A stretch of DNA of 64,000 nt from an uncultured bacterium (GTDB lineage: Bacteria > Zixibacteria > MSB-5A5 > CAIYYT01). Below the pieces are notes generated by a model, which was not told the DNA's origin, searched no databases, and saw only the letters and a list, made by a program, of their open reading frames with translations. The position numbers were made by a program, and so were the translations under genes. Where the stretch lies: positions 1,408,001 to 1,472,000 of the forward strand of contig CAVSCK010000004.1 in NCBI GenBank assembly GCA_963726455.1, written 5' to 3'. Shown here in pieces: positions 57,085-64,000 of the stretch (positions within the stretch are counted from its first letter, which is position 1; each line of letters opens with the position of its first letter).

Positions 57085-58875
57085 TCAGTGCTTTATTCCC
57101 AGCGAGTCCAAACGGGCCTCGATTCCATCTTTACTTGATCCTGCCAGCTCGGGTCTGGTCAGCAAGTTCCTCGCGACTCTTGCCGCCCATCTTCCCGGTT
57201 TGTGCTGAATTACCGTCCGATAATAGGCACGATTTTCGATCTCAGTCTGATAATTGACGACTCCGCCAAAAGCGGACTGACACCACGAACTGTTTGGATA
57301 ATTGTCGATCAGTCGTTTCCAGTGTGCGATGAGTTTCTGTTCGTCATGTCGGTTTCCGTACAGGAATGTGCTCGACAACCGTGCCTGGGTTTGCGGCGCA
57401 TAGGCAGATTTCGGGAAAAGTTCGAGCAGGGTTTGCATTTTCGACAGCATGTCGTCAATCTTGTACGCGCGCTCACTTTCCAATATGGAGCGATACAATC
57501 GAAACACGTTTGCTTCCGATCCCTCCGGCTCGAGGACAGAAAAACTTACAGTGTTGGAGACGAGTCGGTCAAGGTACACAGCGTCAACTGTATAGACTCC
57601 GGGCAACTGGCCTTCAACCAGAATGTCTCTGCCATAGTCGCGTTGGTCGAAAGCGCCGCTCAGGTTTAGTATTCCCAGAAGCGTGTCGTGCGGTAGCAGC
57701 AGTTCTTGCTGACAAATCCGCCGTGTTGCGGACGTTCTCCGTAAAACCGGAATCTCGGTGCCGGAACTGTCTACAAGATGCACTTCCACGGTGTTATATA
57801 TACCAAGATCAGGTATTACCGTGTGTAACGTGTCGTCCGTGAGATTGAAGATGAACAGGTGCAGCCGGACTACTTCGCCCCTCAAATATTCGCTCTTGTC
57901 GAGACGGATTTGAAAAGCGAGCGAATCGGGCTTGCCGGCTTGTGCTTCCTTCTCCAAGACCGAACGTCTCTCGGCCGCCACGCGACCGAGGAAAGTCCCG
58001 GGATTGGCATCGGCGACTTCGAAGGTATATGCCTTGCCTTCTTCATACGACATGTTGTCAAGCGCCAGCCCAAAACAAAATGAGCTCTCCCGGTCGAACT
58101 TGTACAACTCTGCCAGTCTCCGTGCATAATCAGCGACTTTCGCTTTATCAGCCCGCAAACCCGTCTGGTAACAGGGAAAGAGCAACTGCAAGATCTTCGC
58201 AGCATAGGCGGCTGACGGATAGTTCTGCAGAAGACCTTCCATCTGGGGCGCCAAATCCCGCAAATAGCGGACTTGCTTCTTATGTGCTTCGAGCCAGGCG
58301 AAAATGGCCCTATCGTCGTCGCCCGGCTCTGTCACGCGATATTCCAAAACATTCGAGCGGGTCCTCTTATCAAGCTCAACCTGAACCGTGAATTGACCGA
58401 CCGGGTGCATGGCGAATCCGGCTAATGCCCACGCATGCGAACCGTACTTCTCCGCCAAATTGAATCCGACCATGGTGCTGTCATCTGGCAGCAGACTATC
58501 GCAGCGTGTAGCTAACTCACCTGACGACTCGATCGCGGGAAGCATCACATTTCCGTACGAGTCTCGGCAAATCGTGATCAAACGGTTGTCGCCGATGACC
58601 GGCTGCTGCACAAAGATTCTTCGGTTAGCGCGGTTCACGAGATAGATGACGAGAGAGATATCTTCGCCGGAAGTGTAAGTGCTCTTTGGCAAGAATGCAT
58701 GCATTGTCAAAGAGTCACCCGCAGCCAGGTCGCTTTCCGCGTTCGGAGTCCATGGCCGGCGAGGTTCCGCCAATGTACCATAGACCCACATTACGGCCAG
58801 AAGCATTACGACTGACGCGATGATCGCGAGAGGCTCGACACCTCTCATGCGAGTATGCTTGATCTCTTCGGACAT
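57085..58875 (-). CDS. Membrane-anchored/secreted protein with two tandem Ig-like + TPR-like modules
   Basis: Internal duplication (KSTYTSGEDI / KSEYLRGEVV; LLPDDS / LLPHDT; YPSAAYA / FPKSAYA). Confidence 0.78.
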   Translation of the reverse strand: MSEEIKHTRMRGVEPLAIIASVVMLLAVMWVYGTLAEPRRPWTPNAESDLAAGDSLTMHAFLPKSTYTSGEDISLVIYLVNRANRRIFVQQPVIGDNRLITICRDSYGNVMLPAIESSGELATRCDSLLPDDSTMVGFNLAEKYGSHAWALAGFAMHPVGQFTVQVELDKRTRSNVLEYRVTEPGDDDRAIFAWLEAHKKQVRYLRDLAPQMEGLLQNYPSAAYAAKILQLLFPCYQTGLRADKAKVADYARRLAELYKFDRESSFCFGLALDNMSYEEGKAYTFEVADANPGTFLGRVAAERRSVLEKEAQAGKPDSLAFQIRLDKSEYLRGEVVRLHLFIFNLTDDTLHTVIPDLGIYNTVEVHLVDSSGTEIPVLRRTSATRRICQQELLLPHDTLLGILNLSGAFDQRDYGRDILVEGQLPGVYTVDAVYLDRLVSNTVSFSVLEPEGSEANVFRLYRSILESERAYKIDDMLSKMQTLLELFPKSAYAPQTQARLSSTFLYGNRHDEQKLIAHWKRLIDNYPNSSWCQSAFGGVVNYQTEIENRAYYRTVIQHKPGRWAARVARNLLTRPELAGSSKDGIEARLDSLGIKH

Positions 58876-59005
58876 AAGATGCCACCCATCAATTTTCAGA
58901 CGTTACACTGTTGCTACAACCTAAGTTTTCGCAGCAATCGCTGAATTCCTCTTCCCATCCTTGACAGAAAGAAGAGGGATCAAGGCCACAAACGTCGTAG
59001 CAATG

Positions 59006-59923
59006 CTAACTACCGTTCGACTTGCTGACCGAATTGCTTCTGGACTCCTTCCCATCCTTCGTCGGATCATACGGATCAACATGGATCACCACATGCGCCG
59101 GCGGGAATCGATCCATGATCTGTTTCTCCAGTTGATCCGCCACCTGGTGCGCTTCCACCAACAATGCCTCGGCGCGGAAGACGATATGAAAATCGATGTG
59201 CCGGTGGCTGCCCGATTTGCGCGTCCGCAGTTTGTGCCAGGAATATATCCGCGTTTCGCTGTCGATCATCGTCTTTATTTCCGCGATTTCCTCAGGCGGC
59301 AGACTGGTGTCCATCATTTGCCTGCCGGCCGTAACCGTCAGTTTCCAGCCGATACTGAATATCAGCATCGCCACCAAGATCGCCACGATCGGATCGATAA
59401 TATGCCAGCCGGTGATCCAGACCAGCGCCAGGCCGATCGACACGCCGAGCGACGTGTAAACATCGGTCGACAGATGATGCGCGTCCGCCTCCAGCGCCAC
59501 CGAGTCCTCTTTCTTGGCAACCCTGAATAGAAACCGCGCTACGAATGTATTCAGTACGACCGACGTCAGCATCACTGCCGTGCCCCAACCCAGATGCTGC
59601 ACCTCTCCGCCGTGAATGATTTTGCGTATCGCTTCTTCGATAATCCAGATCGCCGCGATGATGATCAATCCCGCTTCGACAACACCGGAAATACTCTCGG
59701 CCTTGCCGTGGCCGAATGGATGTTCCTCATCCGCCGGACGGTCCGAAATCCGTACTGAGAAGTAGGCAATGATCGCCGCCAGCAAGTCATTGCCAGAATG
59801 AATTGCCTCCGATATAATACTGACTGACCCGGAGAATAATCCCACCACGAGTTTCAGTATCACCAGAGTTGCGTTCGACGCCACCGAAACCAGCGCCGCC
59901 CTCATTTTGGGGGTGCTACGCAT
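59006..59923 (-). CDS. Cation diffusion facilitator family transporter (FieF-like)
   Basis: SEAIHSGND, PADEEHPFGHGKAE, ADAHHLSTD, LRTRKSG, IHVDP. Confidence 0.93.
   Translation of the reverse strand: MRSTPKMRAALVSVASNATLVILKLVVGLFSGSVSIISEAIHSGNDLLAAIIAYFSVRISDRPADEEHPFGHGKAESISGVVEAGLIIIAAIWIIEEAIRKIIHGGEVQHLGWGTAVMLTSVVLNTFVARFLFRVAKKEDSVALEADAHHLSTDVYTSLGVSIGLALVWITGWHIIDPIVAILVAMLIFSIGWKLTVTAGRQMMDTSLPPEEIAEIKTMIDSETRIYSWHKLRTRKSGSHRHIDFHIVFRAEALLVEAHQVADQLEKQIMDRFPPAHVVIHVDPYDPTKDGKESRSNSVSKSNGS
59047..59093. repeat. 47 bp direct repeat (CDF 3' end), partner at 57005-57051
   Basis: Direct sequence comparison, offset 2042. Confidence 0.9.
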
Positions 59924-60104
59924 CAAACCTCGCTGCCTGTCCTCTGATACGATGGTGCATAAACGTCGAGGATGATAATTGATTCCGACGATGCGGCCAA
60001 CGGTTTTTTGCATTCACGACCGCGGCGTCGAACAGCGACACTATGATCGTCGACATATCCGAGGATGCGAAGGTCTATATCCGTCCCACAGACCGATTTC
60101 TTAC

Positions 60105-60133
60105 TTGACTTTTAATATTCAAATAGGTACATT
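60105..60133 (+). promoter_or_regulatory. Sigma70 promoter of LVIVD gene
   Basis: TTGACT-17-TACATT. Confidence 0.55.
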
Positions 60134-60275
60134 TTGTCAGTCAAATAGCAATCATGTCTCCTGTTCGCCACCCTGTGTGTGGTATTGTTTTTGGATGGTA
60201 TCAGGAACGACGCTGTCGTCAGCATCGTAGTTTGCGTACCCGGTTGGCCGACGATGCATGCGATTATGGGCGATC

Positions 60276-60291
60276 AGGCACGGTTACTGCG
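60276..60291 (+). promoter_or_regulatory. Putative sigma54 promoter of LVIVD gene
   Basis: AGGCACGGTTACTGCG: GG-N10-GC with GGCACG. Confidence 0.4.
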
Positions 60292-60358
60292 GAAGCAGCT
60301 CTTCTGCAGCAATCACTTGTAAAGGAACTTGGCTAACAACTGAATTTTGGAGGTCATC

Positions 60359-62509
60359 ATGGCAAGATTTCTAATGCTCACTTTCCTGGCTCTCCTGACG
60401 TCGATCGCCACCTACACACAGATCATTGCCGCCGATTACAGTCCGGCAAATCTGGAACGTCTGGCAGAGCAGGGAATCTTCCCATCGCAGAACGATCCGG
60501 AAATTGATGCTGCCGAGAAGACCACCTTCTGGCCGTCGCAGATTTCTCTCACCCAGGTGGCCAGCACGGCCTGGGATTTTGTGAATCGGGCTATCATCGT
60601 CGGCAACTACTGCTACTGCTACTATCAGGAAGGCCTTCAGATTCTCGACATCACAGATCCTGCAGCGCCGGTAATTATGTCACAAGCCCGTTGTCCATCC
60701 ATGGATACCCACGGCATGGTATATTCTCAGGGTTACATATACGCGGTTGTGGGTGAGGCAAAGTCGCTAGTTGTGTTCAATGTCTCGGATCCTCTGAACT
60801 GCACACTTGCCGGAACCTACTCGACTCCCTCAATTGCCACCGACATTGTAATTTCGGGAAACTACTTGTACCTGGTCTATGGAACCAAGATAGGCGTTTA
60901 CGATATCACCGTGCCCGGATCACCGCAGTACGTAAACCAGGTCACCACGGCGTCCATTCTTTCAGGCATCTCTCTTTCCGGTGGCAATCTCCTGGCGGTC
61001 GGAACGACTACGCAGATGTTCAATCTCAATAACCCTACCAATCCGACACTGCTCGGCAGCTATCCGTACAAGGGCGGAAACAGCCGAACGACGATTGCCG
61101 GCAATTACGGATACTCGGTGGGAAATGTCTTTGGCCTGAACATTTACAGTCTCGTGAATCCGGCAATCCCGGCGCCGATCTCATTTTATCCGGCGGACAC
61201 GCCACACACCTATAGACAAGTAGCAGTTTACTCGAATCACGCGTATGCTCTGGCCTATTCAAAGTTAGATGTCGTCAGCGTCGCCAATCCCGCTTCGCCC
61301 TACTTGACCGTCTCAGTCCCCCTGAGCACCTACTCAAGGAGCGCAAACGTCGGCAACGGAAAGCTTGTGGTCGGCGATTTCTATGACGACTTGCGTTTCT
61401 TCGACGTCAGTTCGCCCGGTACGCCCAATTTGATTGGAGATTACCGTCCCTACGGTCAGGGTTGGGATGTAGCAGTAGTTGGCCATTATGCATTTGAATC
61501 AACTTTCGATGGCAAGCTGCAGGTGATCGACGTTGCCGATCCTCGATCACCGGTAGTTGTCACAGTCATGGATCTCACAGGGAGAGCCTATGAGCTCGCC
61601 GCCAAAGATGGGTACATTTACATTGCCAGCGGCCCGGACGGTGTCAGGATTGTTGATATCAGCAACCCTCTGTCGCCGCAAATCGTCGGTAATATCGCTA
61701 CACCGGCATCCGCCCAGACTATCATCATTCGGGAAAATCGCGCCTACGTAATGGGCGGCGGCTCGACGCTGCAAATCCTTGACATATCCAATCCATTGTC
61801 AGCTTCGCTGCTCGGTTCGATTGCGGCGGGTGGCAACGCGCTGAATTTCGGCATCAGTGGTAACCTTGCCTTTCTCACTCAGACAACCTTCGGCGGAGTA
61901 ATGATTGTCGATATAAGTGATCCCGCGGCCCCGACTCACGTCGGCACGTTTATGTCTTCCGGCTATTTCGAGGCAGTCGCAGCCGAAGGTAATCTCGTCT
62001 ATGCTTTCGACGATGTGGGACATTTTATCCGCGTAATTGATGTCAGCGACCCCGCTAACCCGGTTCAGGTAGGACAGGGTTCTAACTACGGTTGGCGCCA
62101 TCCTCGCAAGGCAACGAAAATTGGAAACCTCTTGTACGCTATGGATCCCACCGCGCACATTTCCGTGTTCGATGCCACCAATCCGATCAATCCGTCTTAC
62201 GCGGCAGAATGCGGATTTCAGGAGGTCTGGGTGTACGGTTTCGCGGTTACTGACAGTTTCTTATATGTCGCCGGCGACAATTCCTTCATCGTTCTCAAAC
62301 AGGAAATAGCGGCCGGTCCCGACGGCGTAGCGCCTATCGACATATCTGACGTTGTCTTCCTGATCAATTACATCTTTGGTGGCGGTCCCGCTCCCGTCCC
62401 CTTAAGCGTCGGCGATGTGGACTGCGTCAGTGGAGTGGATATCTCGGACGCTGTCTATCTGATAAACTTTATTTTTTCCGGCGGTCCCGCTCCCTGCGTC
62501 CTGAATTAA
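60359..62509 (+). CDS. Secreted LVIVD-repeat protein with C-terminal dockerin-like domain
   Basis: Many GLQILDITDPAAP / GVRIVDISNPLSP repeats; DISDAVYLINFIFSGGPAPC; GGAGG RBS. Confidence 0.9.
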   Translation: MARFLMLTFLALLTSIATYTQIIAADYSPANLERLAEQGIFPSQNDPEIDAAEKTTFWPSQISLTQVASTAWDFVNRAIIVGNYCYCYYQEGLQILDITDPAAPVIMSQARCPSMDTHGMVYSQGYIYAVVGEAKSLVVFNVSDPLNCTLAGTYSTPSIATDIVISGNYLYLVYGTKIGVYDITVPGSPQYVNQVTTASILSGISLSGGNLLAVGTTTQMFNLNNPTNPTLLGSYPYKGGNSRTTIAGNYGYSVGNVFGLNIYSLVNPAIPAPISFYPADTPHTYRQVAVYSNHAYALAYSKLDVVSVANPASPYLTVSVPLSTYSRSANVGNGKLVVGDFYDDLRFFDVSSPGTPNLIGDYRPYGQGWDVAVVGHYAFESTFDGKLQVIDVADPRSPVVVTVMDLTGRAYELAAKDGYIYIASGPDGVRIVDISNPLSPQIVGNIATPASAQTIIIRENRAYVMGGGSTLQILDISNPLSASLLGSIAAGGNALNFGISGNLAFLTQTTFGGVMIVDISDPAAPTHVGTFMSSGYFEAVAAEGNLVYAFDDVGHFIRVIDVSDPANPVQVGQGSNYGWRHPRKATKIGNLLYAMDPTAHISVFDATNPINPSYAAECGFQEVWVYGFAVTDSFLYVAGDNSFIVLKQEIAAGPDGVAPIDISDVVFLINYIFGGGPAPVPLSVGDVDCVSGVDISDAVYLINFIFSGGPAPCVLN

Positions 62510-62547
62510 CAAGTGGACTCTGTTTGTCGTATTGAATTGCCGTTCGC

Positions 62548-62578
62548 GAGGCGCCCATAGGGCGCCTCTTTGTTTTCT
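62548..62578 (+). terminator. Rho-independent terminator
   Basis: GAGGCGCCC-ATA-GGGCGCCTC then TTTGTTTT. Confidence 0.85.
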
Positions 62579-62619
62579 GGACTTGCGCCTCGATGTAATT
62601 CACGTATCATATTATCGCT

Positions 62620-62841
62620 ATGTCCGAATTCGGCTCGCTCGGGAGGGTGCTGGTCATCGTCGGCGCCGTCGTAGTAGTCGTCGGCCTGCTGCTGCTCTTC
62701 TTCGATCACATTCCACTGCTGGGCAAACTGCCCGGTGATTTCATCATCAAAAGGAAGAACTTCACTCTCTATTTCCCGCTGGCAACCTCTATCGTGCTGA
62801 GCTTGATCTTGAGCTTAATTCTCTACTTGCTGAAGAGGTGA
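62620..62841 (+). CDS. DUF2905 family small membrane protein
   Basis: LGKLPGDF...FTLYFPLATSIVLS. Confidence 0.88.
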   Translation: MSEFGSLGRVLVIVGAVVVVVGLLLLFFDHIPLLGKLPGDFIIKRKNFTLYFPLATSIVLSLILSLILYLLKR

Positions 62842-62847
62842 GATATA

Positions 62848-63327
62848 ATGAAGAACATCGATCGCCTGTGGGTCCTGGGTCAGTGGATAATCGTAGCTGC
62901 CTTCGCATTGACCTTGATCCTGGTCGAGCCAAAGTCGGCGCGTATACTGCCGTTTTGGGTGGGCATAATTCTGTGCATCGCAGGTCCCATAATTGTTGGC
63001 ATCGCCGTCAACGCTCATAACAAAGTCAACAAGACGCCCAAAATCAAAGTCGGTCCGGTTCCCAATCCCGCAAGGCGTCTGGTCGATTGCGGCATCTATG
63101 CTTACATCCGCCATCCCATGTATCTTGCCGCAATCCTGATCATACTCGGCGCCGCCATCTGGCGAGGCGGGTACGTGGCTTTGGCGTTTGTACTGGTCGC
63201 AATCATCTTCCTCAGTTTCAAGTCGCGGTTCGAGGAACGCCTGCTATGCGAGACCTATCCGGACTATGCGGCTTATATGACCCGCACGGGAAGAATACTG
63301 CCGCGCGTATTCAAGAGCGGCGCGTAG
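62848..63327 (+). CDS. Isoprenylcysteine carboxyl methyltransferase (ICMT/PEMT) family membrane protein
   Basis: LV..GIYAYIRHPMY, EERLL...YAAY...TGRILP. Confidence 0.88.
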   Translation: MKNIDRLWVLGQWIIVAAFALTLILVEPKSARILPFWVGIILCIAGPIIVGIAVNAHNKVNKTPKIKVGPVPNPARRLVDCGIYAYIRHPMYLAAILIILGAAIWRGGYVALAFVLVAIIFLSFKSRFEERLLCETYPDYAAYMTRTGRILPRVFKSGA

Positions 63328-63565
63328 GTAGTTCCGCCGTAGTACGATCCAGGGCCGCCCGCGATTTTTCAAAAAATATCAATCCGCAAATCTGCCATCG
63401 TGTATAACTTCGCAGACATTGAAAGGGCGGCACGTTAGAATTCTCCAACGTATTCGATCTTTCATGGCGAAATCAAAAGGGCTTGGTCTTTAGTTGAAGA
63501 CCATTTTATCATTAGCAGCAACAAAGCAGTTGACCTGTTGACAAGGTCAGTCCCGGGGAGGAACT

Positions 63566-64000
63566 ATGCGCCAATCGGAACACGGTGACGGCGGCGAGGA
63601 ATATCGCCCAGAACCAAACGAACATCCGCCGGCAAAATTGATGACACAAGGCGGCAGCGCTTTGCCCTACGTCATCATTGCCATTCTCGCAATAATCATC
63701 ATCGCCGGCGGTATCTATCTGCTGACTTCCGAACGAGGGCGCGAGACTGTCAAGGTCGAACTGTTCACTCCGACAGATGAAGTTCCGCAGACGACCAACT
63801 TCACGATAACTTTCACCAAAGATCTGGTGAGCGATTCCGCCGTCAACAAACGGCTCGACAGTGCGCCGGTTGAATTTGATCCAAGTCTGCCCGGTAAATT
63901 CGAATGGATCGCGCGCAACAAACTGAGATTCTATCCTGACGTCACACTGGCGCCGTCGACTCACTACACTGCCGAGATTCTCCCGCGCGTCGCGGCGGAT
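63566..64000 (+). CDS. Membrane-anchored Ig-like protein, possibly bacterial alpha-2-macroglobulin N-terminus (partial)
   Basis: GGAGG RBS; TM PYVIIAILAIIIIAGGIYLL; ITFTKDL...PSLPGKFEW...LRFYP...LAPSTHY Big-type domain; open to window end. Confidence 0.65.
   Translation, partial: MRQSEHGDGGEEYRPEPNEHPPAKLMTQGGSALPYVIIAILAIIIIAGGIYLLTSERGRETVKVELFTPTDEVPQTTNFTITFTKDLVSDSAVNKRLDSAPVEFDPSLPGKFEWIARNKLRFYPDVTLAPSTHYTAEILPRVAAD

Noticed and set aside
58939-58962. 12 bp third copy of the CDF repeat (CTTCCCATCCTT) and a 10 bp inverted match to 56966-56975
   Set aside because: Too short to separate from chance; no transposase or consistent terminal inverted repeat structure

Overview
GC-rich diderm bacterial chromosome segment, almost entirely coded on the minus strand. 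It probably comes from the FCB group, most likely candidate Zixibacteria, inferred from DISDAVYLINYIF-type dockerin tails and PNPFN-type T9SS-like C-terminal sorting domains. Housekeeping blocks (ppx-etfA-larCB-dusB; tatA-purQS-pssA-psd-purB-tal-truA-ecfT; etfB-rnc-fabF-acpP-fabGDH-plsX-rpmF-yceD; ackA-hbd) alternate with cell-surface and signalling loci. These include an FHA/phosphoesterase/CHASE2-kinase operon, secreted M6 and S8 proteases, and a GT-C/TPR glycosyltransferase. A 12.6 kb operon reads TonB receptor - (CTD cargo + PorV-like barrel) x2 - lipoprotein, and its CTD+PorV module is a ~98% identical, compositionally skewed 1.38 kb repeat. A small secreted-peptide gene sits directly before a TPR-GAF-AAA+ sigma54 activator, a candidate RRNPP-like peptide signalling system. 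An accessory peptidase/putative-inhibitor island appears to have grown by insertion at the 3' end of a CDF transporter gene. No rRNA, tRNA, CRISPR array, transposase, integrase or reverse transcriptase was recognised. All calls are by eye; no database search was run.
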